The notes under the pieces are model-generated. The model saw only the letters and a program-made list of their open reading frames with translations, was not told the origin of the DNA and did not search any database. A stretch of DNA of 64,000 bases. Source: a virus. How positions within the stretch are numbered: the first letter of the stretch is position 1; each line of letters opens with the position of its first letter. Positions 44,330 through 54,266 of this stretch are shown piece after piece. The stretch is taken from IMG/VR virus record IMGVR_UViG_3300003886_000002. The stretch is one strand, 5' to 3'. A program made the position numbers and the translations under genes.

Positions 44330-44842
44330 CTACAAAGGGCTACCCGAGTCAAACGTTGCAGACAAGATAGTTACCCGCGGATCTAGGATAAGTGACCGGA
44401 TCATAGCATCCCAAAAGAACGGATTAGGAGAATTCCCAGGACTATTAACAGATTTGGAGTATCTGATAACCCCACCGCTGGTAGGGTATCGCAGTAACTT
44501 CTTTCGCTTTGGCCTTATGACGCGCGCCCGGGTTCCATAGTGGACAGCCAAAGCATATTTAACGTTGACTGCTATCTTCACCTGTATGCCCTGGAGGGTG
44601 GGTTTAACGGAAATTATTCCTATGCTGCTGCGCAGAACCCCTGAGCGGGACGCCTCTTCGGAGCTGCGTGAGATACGGACAGGGGCAATCGATTTAGCGT
44701 ACGCTACCGCGATAGTGGCAACAGATGTGATGAATCGCCCCACTACCCCCGATGGGGTGTTGAGTAGCACGTTTAGGGCGATAGGGTCAAGGACAACGTT
44801 GACGCTGACCCCCCTGGTGGCGGAACCGATTACGTCTGGCAT
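44330..44842 (-). CDS. HK97 gp10-like tail completion/neck protein
   Basis: TAATG overlap; VHYGTRARVIRPK...VNSPG..PNPF. Confidence 0.7.
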   Translation of the reverse strand: MPDVIGSATRGVSVNVVLDPIALNVLLNTPSGVVGRFITSVATIAVAYAKSIAPVRISRSSEEASRSGVLRSSIGIISVKPTLQGIQVKIAVNVKYALAVHYGTRARVIRPKRKKLLRYPTSGGVIRYSKSVNSPGNSPNPFFWDAMIRSLILDPRVTILSATFDSGSPL

Positions 44843-46344
44843 TAGCAGCAGTTGGGGAGTTCTATAGACATGTCCCAGTACAGCCCTGCGCAGCCCCCTT
44901 GTGGACATTTAGGTACCATTTCACCCCAGCCCACGTCGATGCAGCCTGTTTGTTCCCCGTTGATGGACCAAAAGTTCCCTTGGCTGTATTCGCTGAGGAC
45001 GCAGCACCACAGTACCCACATGTCCACCATCAGTTGTTCAGATGCTGTCTGCATTTCAGATTTTGGTGGGAGGGCAGCCGTGTCCCCTGCCTGTGTGGGG
45101 GCAGGCCAACATTCTCGCATCAATTTAAGACGAATGTCCAGACGCCCTGTGATGTCGTTGCATCTGCCTGTGGCTCTGTTGAAGTCCCCTATCTCGTCTG
45201 AGAAACCAATAGTAGGTTTGATTCCTACAGGGTAGACTGCAAGGTAGTCACAGTTTCCTGTTAAGACACCCCCATCCAACACGAAAGCTCGTGTCCCAGG
45301 GACTGACGCACAGAACACTTCCTCAACACGGGTTGTGTCGCTAACATCGACTATGCGCCAACGGGGGGTAATGGCTTTCTGCTCCCTAACCCGGGATCTG
45401 TGATCGCTGCGCACCAGTAGGTCTTTCCGCAGCGTCGACGCGTTGAGGGATACCGAAAATATTTGTGTGTGGGTGTCCTTGGTGTTCAGGTAGCCTTCCA
45501 TTGCAACTGTTGACGTCCCTATCCCTAACCTGTAACAGATCTCGCGAACACGATTGAGGTGCCCACGATTGGACGATAGGAGCCTCACAGCGCCGTTCCT
45601 GTGACTTACGAGCCCATCGGCAGCGATATACCCTGCGAGCCACCCAGCGAGCCACGGAAGCTCATAGGAGGGGCTAGGGGCGGCTTTCCAATCTAAGGGG
45701 AGGCGCGGAGGTGTGGTCCCATCGTCAGACAGTCCCCCATCTGTCTCGCTGCCGTCTTGTTCGAACCATTCTGCTAGCGATGCGGTTACCCCGTTAACAG
45801 TGATTTCCACATCCCATGATTCTGTAATACCTTCCCCGAATACGATTCCTGCACACACGGCATCAGGGTCCATGCTCCCCTCGTACACTTCACCTGTTTC
45901 GCTGGCAAGCACATCCCCAAGTTGCAGTTGCGCGGTTGTTGCTTCAACAAGGGAACGGGCTTCGCTGTGCGATACGCGGCTGTCGAGTAGCCAACGGTGA
46001 TCGCCTGTAGCGAAAATCTCCATGGTCTCGTTGGAACGCGCAAGCACGACTTTATGGAGGCGCTGCGCCCCGAAACTGTGGACAGGGGCCTTCACCCACT
46101 GCCCGTCTGTTGTCATCAACTCAACAACCTGTCCTGCCAGCGACCCTATGGGGTGGACCCCTTCGGACGTCACGATTTGTGTTTCCGCGGCGAAGCAGCA
46201 GTCATCCGGGGGTTCGCACCAATAGGTGAAGCAGTCCTTGGGTGCGCCGAGAGTGGTGTTATCTAGACAGGAGCATGCCGCATCCAAAAGCTCCTGTAGG
46301 AGGTCTGCGATAACCGTTACATTATCTGGAGGGGGCATAGTCAA
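44842..46344 (-). CDS. putative tail terminator/neck protein precursor with intein (185 aa after splicing)
   Basis: Position after the adaptor; EPPDDC|CDYLAV...LKLMRECWP...CAGLYW. Confidence 0.7.
   Translation of the reverse strand: MTMPPPDNVTVIADLLQELLDAACSCLDNTTLGAPKDCFTYWCEPPDDCCFAAETQIVTSEGVHPIGSLAGQVVELMTTDGQWVKAPVHSFGAQRLHKVVLARSNETMEIFATGDHRWLLDSRVSHSEARSLVEATTAQLQLGDVLASETGEVYEGSMDPDAVCAGIVFGEGITESWDVEITVNGVTASLAEWFEQDGSETDGGLSDDGTTPPRLPLDWKAAPSPSYELPWLAGWLAGYIAADGLVSHRNGAVRLLSSNRGHLNRVREICYRLGIGTSTVAMEGYLNTKDTHTQIFSVSLNASTLRKDLLVRSDHRSRVREQKAITPRWRIVDVSDTTRVEEVFCASVPGTRAFVLDGGVLTGNCDYLAVYPVGIKPTIGFSDEIGDFNRATGRCNDITGRLDIRLKLMRECWPAPTQAGDTAALPPKSEMQTASEQLMVDMWVLWCCVLSEYSQGNFWSINGEQTGCIDVGWGEMVPKCPQGGCAGLYWDMSIELPNCC
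45253..46197 (-). mobile_element. intein (315 aa) with LAGLIDADG-like blocks
   Basis: CFAAETQIVT...FATGDHRW...AGIVFGEG...LAGYIAADG...VFCASVPGTRAFVLDGGVLTGN|C. Confidence 0.92.
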
Positions 46345-47576
46345 CTAGTCCATGTTTTTCCGCCGCCGCCAATTCCACCTGGGCGGTCTGGACGGTACAT
46401 TCGTGCCCTGCGTTGAATGCGGTGCGGATTAACTGTTTGCAGGAACAGGTCCACCTCGTAGATCCCCACTTTACCTTGATCTAAGAAGTCGAGTGGATCT
46501 GCGAATGCCATATCTATGCCTTCACGTGACAATTCTTTGAGGCGTTGCGGAAGTATACATCCATCGGCCCCACAGTTGTCTAATGCTATCTGGCAAGCGA
46601 ATTTCGCTGCGGCGATACGTCCATCGGCCGGGACGGGTTTGCCATACAGGTAGGTGATGCACCATGACCCGATAGGGGTGCGGACCCCCACTTGGGTTTG
46701 GAGCTGCACGACTGTAGATGCCCCTCCGGTAAGTGAAACATCTGCAACAGCCACCACGGGCGCTGACGTGAGTTCAACCGCGGTGAACTCGACCACATAT
46801 GGGGTTGTTCCCCCTACGTCACCAGGGCCACCTGTGACGGCCACGGAGCCTACCCCAACGTTGCTGAGTGACTCTAGGGCGCTTTGGACTGCTGCTGCGG
46901 TGTCTGTAGCGTTCAGGACAGCAGTCTCTGTTGTCGAGGTCAGGTTGGCTGGCGGTCCAACTGTAGCGGTAACTTCTATAGACCACTGTCCGCCTGTTGC
47001 GTCAACAGTGATCTGCTGTATCTCATTTACGTTTTGGACGCATTCGCCTAAGAAGTTGTTGCTACACGGCCACGTTCCCCCATCAATGCGGCACACGCGA
47101 CGATACGCTTGGATACGATATGCGGACGGGTCTAGTACCTCTCCGTCTATCAGTATCTCAACAATGTCGTTGACCGTAGAGGCAAGATCCACGCATGGGA
47201 TATCGCATTTGTTTGAGCAGCATGAACCACTCAGGTTGATTATCCCAAAATCAGGATCTCCACTAGTCGCTATCAGGTGTCCGTCGCTGCCCGCAAGGGA
47301 TGACCCCCGGAACCTAACCCACCAGTCCGATGGGACAAGGTTCCAGAACTGTTCAGACCCGTCGTTGCAGCACCCGGAGTTGTTTCCCATGCACGGCTGC
47401 CATGTCCGCTCACAAACACCCGGGAACTGACGCCCCGAGAGGCGGTAAAGGATCGCGGAAGCAAAAGCAATAGCATCAGTCAAATCGTAGGCGGGGTCTA
47501 GCCCTGGGCAGCACGCAAGGACAGCATCAGAGTCAGTCCACGGATCGCAGGGGACCTGAACAGGGGGAGAAGCCAT
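46341..47576 (-). CDS. head-to-tail adaptor with inserted beta-rich domain
   Basis: PCDPW, ASAILYRLSGRQFPGVC...PC, C..P.R..ELSREGI, G..EVDLFL..VNP. Confidence 0.75.
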   Translation of the reverse strand: MASPPVQVPCDPWTDSDAVLACCPGLDPAYDLTDAIAFASAILYRLSGRQFPGVCERTWQPCMGNNSGCCNDGSEQFWNLVPSDWWVRFRGSSLAGSDGHLIATSGDPDFGIINLSGSCCSNKCDIPCVDLASTVNDIVEILIDGEVLDPSAYRIQAYRRVCRIDGGTWPCSNNFLGECVQNVNEIQQITVDATGGQWSIEVTATVGPPANLTSTTETAVLNATDTAAAVQSALESLSNVGVGSVAVTGGPGDVGGTTPYVVEFTAVELTSAPVVAVADVSLTGGASTVVQLQTQVGVRTPIGSWCITYLYGKPVPADGRIAAAKFACQIALDNCGADGCILPQRLKELSREGIDMAFADPLDFLDQGKVGIYEVDLFLQTVNPHRIQRRARMYRPDRPGGIGGGGKTWTS

Positions 47577-47698
47577 CCCCCCATGTTAGCCCGTATGCAG
47601 CGATAAGTGGTCAATACCTGCCAAGTCCCATCTAAGATGCAGTGTCCTGCTCCCCACCCACATCGGTAGATTTTGCCCCTAGGCATGATTGTTGCCGT

Positions 47699-48001
47699 TT
47701 ACAACAGCCCCTCTTCGTGGGAGAGGATGTCTCCCAGGGTAGCCAGTGACCCGAAGTGGCTCCACTCGGATTCTGGGCTCCACACTTCTGTTCTCCACCC
47801 AGATTCTGGCCTGTGTATCATGCGGAACCTGATGTCGTCGATTTCTGTGTGCCACGTCAGCCCGTGCTTAGTGAACTTGATGTCCCCGGGTTCAACGACC
47901 CGTTCCAAAACACGGGCCAGGATCATTTGGAGTTGAGCGGTTATCTCGTCTTGCCCTCGTTTGAATGAATCGATGGCTATGTCCCGTAAAGATTCTACCA
48001 T
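47699..48001 (-). CDS. hypothetical protein (accessory gene inside the tail module)
   Basis: ORF track. Confidence 0.55.
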   Translation of the reverse strand: MVESLRDIAIDSFKRGQDEITAQLQMILARVLERVVEPGDIKFTKHGLTWHTEIDDIRFRMIHRPESGWRTEVWSPESEWSHFGSLATLGDILSHEEGLL

Positions 48002-48013
48002 GGCGCCACCATA

Positions 48014-48850
48014 TCATGTAGGGGTGGCACGCCATCCGTCCCCGTTGCGGTTCTCTAGTTGCATGACGACGCCGCTACCCATGGATGCTATAGCGGCACT
48101 GATCGCCTGCACGTGGCTTCCGAGGGCATCTGACACTGCCTCTGGGGCGTATTGCTCAGGGGTGTCTATCCACCTACAGTCTTTGACGAACGTGGAGTAG
48201 TCGGCCCCCAGCAGTTGTGCTGCCTCCTTCTTCGTACACGCCATAAGGATGAATTCGTTGCCGGTAGGCACCCTATAGGGGCGCCCCCACCCCTTCTGGG
48301 TGGAGCGCTCAACATGGTGGATTATGCGTGGCACCTGAGCATCTTTCCGAGCAGCACGTGCAGCAGCCAACCTTTGCGTCGCTGCAACCTTTTGCTCATC
48401 TGTGAGGGGGACACGTTTCTTGGGTTTCGCGAACCGGACGCCACTGCTACGAAACGATCCTTTCATCATGTCCGCTTCTGGCTTCCCCATCGAATAGCGA
48501 ACTAGTTCTATCAGATTAGATGCAAACTGCCAGCCGTGAAACGCGGGCCTCATGCCGTACTGCACGTCAGTGACGATGTGCGCCACCTCATGTAGGACAA
48601 CTTCTTCATACCGTGCCCATTTGGGCATGGTGATGTACCTGTTGGCGGGGGATGCCCCTGCCCGTCGCCTACCACGACCATCCCGAACTTGTATGTCTGT
48701 GACGTCAGGCCAACGCCGTTTAAACCATGCACGCTTGACCAGTTCGTCCACGTACCGTTGCATATCCGCAACCCCTACAAGATCTCTTCCATGGACTACG
48801 GATTCTGCCTTGTAAAGCTTCGATCGTTGCGTGTCGCGTTCTCTGTTCAT
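48014..48850 (-). CDS. HEXXH zinc metallopeptidase-like protein (SprT/Rv0185-type)
   Basis: RDTQRSKLYKAE, VVLHEVAH, HGWQF. Confidence 0.8.
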   Translation of the reverse strand: MNRERDTQRSKLYKAESVVHGRDLVGVADMQRYVDELVKRAWFKRRWPDVTDIQVRDGRGRRRAGASPANRYITMPKWARYEEVVLHEVAHIVTDVQYGMRPAFHGWQFASNLIELVRYSMGKPEADMMKGSFRSSGVRFAKPKKRVPLTDEQKVAATQRLAAARAARKDAQVPRIIHHVERSTQKGWGRPYRVPTGNEFILMACTKKEAAQLLGADYSTFVKDCRWIDTPEQYAPEAVSDALGSHVQAISAAIASMGSGVVMQLENRNGDGWRATPT

Positions 48851-48862
48851 GTTGATCCCCTT

Positions 48863-49111
48863 TCATAGCTGACAAGGGAATCTTACCACATGGGGGTGAC
48901 ATCGTTTCTGCGTGGGGGATGGCGCATCGGGCAACACCCACAGTTCGTCATGCGTTAACCGGTCCACCGCCCGTAAAGCCCTGCCAACGGTACGACTATC
49001 CAAACCCATCCCGAGAAGGCCACCAACCAGCACATCGAACTCTCTAACGTTTGCCCGGGCCTCCGATACGACACTCGTGAGGATATCGACGCAAACGAAA
49101 TCGGATGCCAC
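48863..49111 (-). CDS. hypothetical protein (start uncertain)
   Basis: 3' part of track ORF 48863..49312 reads as an amphipathic protein. Confidence 0.3.
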   Translation of the reverse strand: MASDFVCVDILTSVVSEARANVREFDVLVGGLLGMGLDSRTVGRALRAVDRLTHDELWVLPDAPSPTQKRCHPHVVRFPCQL

Positions 49112-49267
49112 TTCCCACTCACGGCAGCCCCGCTGAGACGAGTGGGGGCAACGAGGACCGTACCCCTCATCGTACGTGCCCTGCTCCCTGTCCGTCACAG
49201 AACTCGGGAGACGTTCCGGGTTGCTTTGGTACCTGCGCCCTGTGGTCACATGCGGACAGTAGCACCG

Positions 49268-49284
49268 GGGGATGACACATCCCC
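49268..49284. promoter_or_regulatory. palindrome GGGGATG-ACA-CATCCCC downstream of the major tail gene (terminator or operator)
   Basis: 7-bp perfect inverted repeat; the same 12-mer occurs at 10863-10874. Confidence 0.45.
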
Positions 49285-49353
49285 ATGGCACCCCACCAGG
49301 GACGCCCCTCACTCTAGAGGAAGAATCTGAAATTGTCTAGTAAATCTTACGAT

Positions 49354-50148
49354 TTACGCTACCGGGACATACGAACAGTCTGCGACGGGCACGGGGAGTG
49401 CGGGTACGCAGGACCATGACATTGGGCCGCCTGCCTGGATCGCGGTCTGGTCTGCGAGGGTCCATGGGTCTGGGGTGGTTACTGTTGGGGGGAGGACCGG
49501 TGGTGGTGTGCCTGTTGGGACACCTGTTGGGTCTCCTGCTCCTGGGACCCATGAGGGGAACGCGATGTCTGGGTAGCTTGGGAACCAGAGAGGGTTGTTT
49601 TCCGCGTATCCTGAGACAACGATTTCGAGGGGGCCTGTAGCGAATTCGAGGCCACCGGAGATTTCCCAGTTGATGGTGCGTGGGAGCACCCAGTGAATCC
49701 ATAGGTTGGCTGTTACCCCGTCTACAGAGCACACACCCTTGTCTGCGTTTTTGGACCAGAATTCTAGGGCTAGAGAGTCAAGGCATACTGCATCCTTGGA
49801 TTCGCGCATCGACAAGCCCTTTACGTTGCCTGATCCGTCAAGCAACAATGTGCCCCCTGTGAGCATCTCCACTATGTGGGGTGGGACTCCGCACAAGGTG
49901 AGTTCGAGGTCGAACCCTTTCAGGCGGTCGCAGTCCTTGTCTCGGATGCAAATGTCACCGCACGCATTCTTGGTGGTAATGTCCTCTCCTGCCTCCACAT
50001 CTGGGGAAAGGGAGAGGCTCATGAACCCAGCAGTTTGAATGCGGCTGTTTGGGACCAGCGGATCTAGGGCCACGTCGCATTCGTTCTGTCGAGTGATGCG
50101 AAGGGCGCATGCTTTAATCGACTTTGGACAACAGATGGTAGTTGCCAT
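49354..50148 (-). CDS. major tail protein
   Basis: ALRITRQNEC...AGFMSLSLSP..EAGE.IT.KNACG.IC...LTLCGV; AAGGAG SD. Confidence 0.85.
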   Translation of the reverse strand: MATTICCPKSIKACALRITRQNECDVALDPLVPNSRIQTAGFMSLSLSPDVEAGEDITTKNACGDICIRDKDCDRLKGFDLELTLCGVPPHIVEMLTGGTLLLDGSGNVKGLSMRESKDAVCLDSLALEFWSKNADKGVCSVDGVTANLWIHWVLPRTINWEISGGLEFATGPLEIVVSGYAENNPLWFPSYPDIAFPSWVPGAGDPTGVPTGTPPPVLPPTVTTPDPWTLADQTAIQAGGPMSWSCVPALPVPVADCSYVPVA

Positions 50149-50248
50149 TTCGGTTCTCCTTGGATGGCTCTAGGTGATCGACAACTTGTCTGTTTCGATC
50201 TAACTCAAATGTACTTCAGGGACGGTACGTGATCGTGGCTTTCACCGA

Positions 50249-50569
50249 CTATGGGTTAACGTAGCTCTCCAACACTTCACCGGAAGCATCCACCGTACGT
50301 ATCTCAAGGCTCTCTGTAGCAGAGTCATGTGTGTACGCCTGCACGATGCTTTGTCCAGCGTCAACTTTCCTGGTTCCTGTACGGCCGCCTATGCTGCGGT
50401 AGAAATCGACGGGTCGATCATCGTTATTGGTGTAGGTGATCTCAACCTGCCCTACAGATGGGGTGTCAATGGCTGCGGCCACTATTGCTGATGGGGTGAC
50501 AGGGAGGGTGCCTTCCGTGGGGGCTGAGCGTGCTGGGAAGCGGCGCCAGTTAGTTGTGCGAGTTGGCAT
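50249..50569 (-). CDS. small virion-associated beta-rich protein (WRRFPAR motif)
   Basis: ORF track; paralog-like to the upstream gene. Confidence 0.55.
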   Translation of the reverse strand: MPTRTTNWRRFPARSAPTEGTLPVTPSAIVAAAIDTPSVGQVEITYTNNDDRPVDFYRSIGGRTGTRKVDAGQSIVQAYTHDSATESLEIRTVDASGEVLESYVNP

Positions 50570-50951
50570 TCTCTAATTCCCCTTGCGTAATGTTTGCATT
50601 GGCCAGCACTTTGCCGCCACGATCGTTATGTCTTATCTCCACAGTAGCCGACCCGGGGGTTACTGGTAAGGACGCTGAATGCCTGGTGTTCCCGTCAACT
50701 TCGATTGAAACCACAGGGTCTGTCCCCAAGACAACAATGCGTTCAGTGTGCCCGGTGCGATTGTTTATTGTGAATGAGGCAACGCCATCCGTCACAGACA
50801 AACCTATATCAAACACCGCAGGTTTCCGTGAGTCAACAGTGTCTCTCCCTGTAACCCCTTTCCTTGCAGGGAACCTACGCCACTCTCTAGATCCCAGCCG
50901 AGGCGTTTTGCGTCGCTCAAGAATGGATTTGATGTGACTAGCCCTTGGCAT
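50550..50951 (-). CDS. small virion-associated beta-rich protein (WRRFPAR motif)
   Basis: ORF track. Confidence 0.55.
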   Translation of the reverse strand: MPRASHIKSILERRKTPRLGSREWRRFPARKGVTGRDTVDSRKPAVFDIGLSVTDGVASFTINNRTGHTERIVVLGTDPVVSIEVDGNTRHSASLPVTPGSATVEIRHNDRGGKVLANANITQGELENANSHN

Positions 50952-51360
50952 TCTTCTGCTCCCTACGTAACTTTATCCACAGCCAGACACGGCTGCTTGG
51001 GCCGAAGAAGTGTGGGATGAGCCAAGTGAACAATGCGACTAGCCCCCCGCTCACCATAGCTAAAGCGAACCAACTGTATCCTGCAACATATTGAACCTGC
51101 TCAGTGAAAGTATCGCCCCCCGTGCTGTTCACTAATGCAGGGACCTCAATGGCAAAGAAGCCACCCACCAAGAGAATCAGCCAACCTAGCCACAACCATG
51201 GGTACTTGCCACGGGGCTTGTCATGTGTTACGTCCCCATCATCCATAGGTGGTAACCCACTCTGGGAAATCTTCAGGAACCCAGAATGCGGGACCCGCGC
51301 CACCGTTATGCCACATCTGGATGACAGAAGGTACCTGCACGTCCCATGGGGCAACCCCAT
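50938..51360 (-). CDS. membrane protein (start uncertain)
   Basis: WLGWL...FFAIEVPAL...GDTFTE...WLIPHF; 2-3 TM segments. Confidence 0.6.
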   Translation of the reverse strand: MGLPHGTCRYLLSSRCGITVARVPHSGFLKISQSGLPPMDDGDVTHDKPRGKYPWLWLGWLILLVGGFFAIEVPALVNSTGGDTFTEQVQYVAGYSWFALAMVSGGLVALFTWLIPHFFGPSSRVWLWIKLRREQKNAKG

Positions 51361-52135
51361 CTAGTGCATCCCACCAGGCCTCTGGAACAATCGGAGGGGG
51401 AGATGGAACCTCAGAATAGGTGTGCCCCTGCTGCATAACCTGCGACGTGACTGTAGCCAAGCCACCTGTAAGGGGAACGGCGATACTATCTGTAACTGTT
51501 ACAGATGGGGTTACACCCAAAGATGCCACATTGAAATCTATGTCATAGGGGGTGGTTCCACCTGCATCCCCGGGACCTCCGGTGACTACAACATTACCTA
51601 CCCCAACATTGCTGAGCGCCTCTAGGGATGCCTGCACAGTAACGGCACTATCTATTGCCCCCAGGGCAACGGTTGCCTGAGTCGTGGCGTCATCAACCAT
51701 AAGATCCCACTGCCCCCCTGTCGCATCAACAGTGCAGCGCACCACATGGTTCAAATCTGTGTTCCACGCAAACACGATCGCCTGAATGGATGGGGCAGGG
51801 CGAAAACGCCCTGAGATCATAGACAGCTGGAAAAACTGTTTCAGCAGTGCTTGTGTAAGCGGGGCATCTGCTGCGTCTTGCAGTAGCAGCGTGATGATGC
51901 CACTAGAGGTCCACTCCATTTCCCCGCCTGCTAGAACGGCCTGTACAGTCACTCCTGGGGCGTTAACGGGATCAATCTCTGTGGTGTCTGCCATGTAGGC
52001 CACAACAAAATCCGTTATATCCGATGCGTCGCCATGGTCAAGTGTTGCCCCTATAGCGGTCATAGACAAGGTTCCGTTTGAGCGTGCAACCGTACGGAAG
52101 AACGATTTATCAACCTTGTTGATCTCAATAATCAT
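51239..52135 (-). CDS. putative virion protein with shared DATGG...GGPGD.GGTTPY domain
   Basis: Domain also present in the adaptor and the pentamer-like protein. Confidence 0.65.
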   Translation of the reverse strand: MIIEINKVDKSFFRTVARSNGTLSMTAIGATLDHGDASDITDFVVAYMADTTEIDPVNAPGVTVQAVLAGGEMEWTSSGIITLLLQDAADAPLTQALLKQFFQLSMISGRFRPAPSIQAIVFAWNTDLNHVVRCTVDATGGQWDLMVDDATTQATVALGAIDSAVTVQASLEALSNVGVGNVVVTGGPGDAGGTTPYDIDFNVASLGVTPSVTVTDSIAVPLTGGLATVTSQVMQQGHTYSEVPSPPPIVPEAWWDALDGVAPWDVQVPSVIQMWHNGGAGPAFWVPEDFPEWVTTYG

Positions 52136-52524
52136 CAGAACACCTCGATGATCACAATGTCATTATTCCCTGCGCGGGTCTGGACCTTCTTTGATTTCCC
52201 AGGATACACAAATGTGTAAACCCCTTTAGTGACACGCTGCCCATCTAGTAGGGGACGTGCACGTAAAGGACCGCCTGTAGGGGAATTAACTTGTATAGTA
52301 ACCTTTTTCGCCTCCGTGGCGGTGCTATAAGACATTTTGTTCCCCACCAGTGTAGTGATAACAGGGTCTGGGGATGCGCTCAGCGCCATCTGGGTGGCGC
52401 TCTGATCTGTGTGCTCCTGTTGCGTAAGTTCTGTAGCCCCTGCCAAAACAGAGGACAGGTCCCCTTCGCTTACAGCAAAAGATAGGATACCGTTTCCACG
52501 GTCCACTCGCCAATACCGGGGCAT
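52135..52524 (-). CDS. hypothetical protein (fibre chaperone-like N-terminus)
   Basis: RYWRV...ATELTQQEH. Confidence 0.5.
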   Translation of the reverse strand: MPRYWRVDRGNGILSFAVSEGDLSSVLAGATELTQQEHTDQSATQMALSASPDPVITTLVGNKMSYSTATEAKKVTIQVNSPTGGPLRARPLLDGQRVTKGVYTFVYPGKSKKVQTRAGNNDIVIIEVF

Positions 52525-54266
52525 CAGATTTCCTCCGACACGAAGATGTCATTCCCAGATCCTGGGACAAATGCAATAGGGGGAACACGGGTACCTGTGA
52601 CTAGGTCACCCCAGTTTAGTGTCATTCCGTTTCCCCCTAGGTCAGCTAGTGCAGATCCGTTAACTGTATCCCGCAGTCCTACTGTCGATGATTGTCCTTC
52701 ATGCATGGACTGCACACGACGCGCTTGTGGTGACGTCGTGAAAGTGCCACCAGAGACAAGGGTCGTCACTACAGCAGTCACCGCAAGGATTTGTTCACAA
52801 TCACTGCAACAGTGTAAACAATCTCCAAATGTGACATCCCCAACAGGGGTATACGCACTTCCGTCTACGTCTATGTCGTTGAACCCGGTGATGACCCCTG
52901 CTGCATCAACGTCGAATATGCGTTTAAACGAGAATGTTATTTCGGCCCTTGGATCTGATGCCCAATCGAACTGCACATTCCCTGACGAAATGGGTCCGAG
53001 CCCCGTAGTATACTCACTCGTTCGTATATCTATCTTAAACATTTCCCCATCGTTGAATGTGGAGAAGAAGAATCCGTCTACCAGCACCCCTGCCCCAGAG
53101 AAACCTGATCCGTTATCAGGAACTGTTGTGATTAAGTATCCTGAGGCGTCTGCAAGTGACTCGAAGCGGGTTAAAGCCCCTGAAGCCAGAATGTATAGGC
53201 GGCCGCATTCATCGAATGCCATATCTCCTGCGCCCACAGGCAAATTGAATGACGTGGCCTGCGTTGCTACCAATGTAGACCTATTGATTAGATAGGCAGG
53301 AAGTCCAGAAGACCCCCCGACATACCATCCTTTAGTCTTAGGGTCGTATGCCCCGTAGTTGAAGTTCCCGACAGGTACCCCTGTAGTAATCCCCGGGTTT
53401 GTGACAGCCAAGGTGAAGGGATCGATAGTGAAAACGTTCCCTAACCCGCCTCCTGTAGCCACACGCCCGTATAGGAGTCTTTCATCTGCGATATAGGCTA
53501 AAGCGTTGATAGGCAAAGCGGACACAGACGCGATCAGTGGGGTGAATGTCCCGTCGGCTAAGTTGACCGTCCCAAATCTGCTTGAGCCTGCGTTATTCTC
53601 AGTAGCCCAGAAAGTGTTTTGGGTGACCAGGTCACACATCGGGCAGGGGAGTATCGTTGGCAAACCTGAACCTGATCCGCCTCCCGTGCAGCGGGTAACG
53701 GGTCCTACCGCTACATATGGGGTAGTCCCGTCGAGTGTTGTGTCTGTTGCGGAAGTGAAAGATCCGTCAACCCCGTATTGGAGTGCACGCAGGAACGATA
53801 GGTCAGCGGCCCCTGTGTCACATAGGATTTCGACCTCTACCTCTTGCCCCGAACAGGGGACAACTGTACGTCCGCCTAATGCAATGGGGGCACCCGTCTC
53901 TGCATTGCGAAAATCGGGTCCCTGTAGGATAGCCCCACTGGTGACAGACACCCGTGTGTAACGTGATGCTACGGACCCATCTGACAGACATACGATCTGC
54001 TCAAATGGGAGTCCGTCGATTGATGCGTCGCTACCACAGTTCGTTATAGATCCAATGGGAACATAGGGAGTTGTCCCATCAAGTTCTGTATCTGTGACTG
54101 TGACTATACCTAGGTCGTTGATTGAGTAGCGTCGCAAAAATTCTTGTGTGGTGTCACAGAGAACTAGGACTTCGTCATCGTCTCGGATGTTGCCAACTGT
54201 GACTGCGACGGGGGCACCATCAATGCCTTGCACCTCGCTCCGTCCGCTATGTGCACCTGTGCTCAT
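52524..54266 (-). CDS. putative fibre/decoration protein with Cys-bracketed modules and a beta-propeller-like region
   Basis: LCD...DG.TPY...C modules; INALAY, YGAYDP, GDMAFD blades. Confidence 0.65.
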   Translation of the reverse strand: MSTGAHSGRSEVQGIDGAPVAVTVGNIRDDDEVLVLCDTTQEFLRRYSINDLGIVTVTDTELDGTTPYVPIGSITNCGSDASIDGLPFEQIVCLSDGSVASRYTRVSVTSGAILQGPDFRNAETGAPIALGGRTVVPCSGQEVEVEILCDTGAADLSFLRALQYGVDGSFTSATDTTLDGTTPYVAVGPVTRCTGGGSGSGLPTILPCPMCDLVTQNTFWATENNAGSSRFGTVNLADGTFTPLIASVSALPINALAYIADERLLYGRVATGGGLGNVFTIDPFTLAVTNPGITTGVPVGNFNYGAYDPKTKGWYVGGSSGLPAYLINRSTLVATQATSFNLPVGAGDMAFDECGRLYILASGALTRFESLADASGYLITTVPDNGSGFSGAGVLVDGFFFSTFNDGEMFKIDIRTSEYTTGLGPISSGNVQFDWASDPRAEITFSFKRIFDVDAAGVITGFNDIDVDGSAYTPVGDVTFGDCLHCCSDCEQILAVTAVVTTLVSGGTFTTSPQARRVQSMHEGQSSTVGLRDTVNGSALADLGGNGMTLNWGDLVTGTRVPPIAFVPGSGNDIFVSEEI

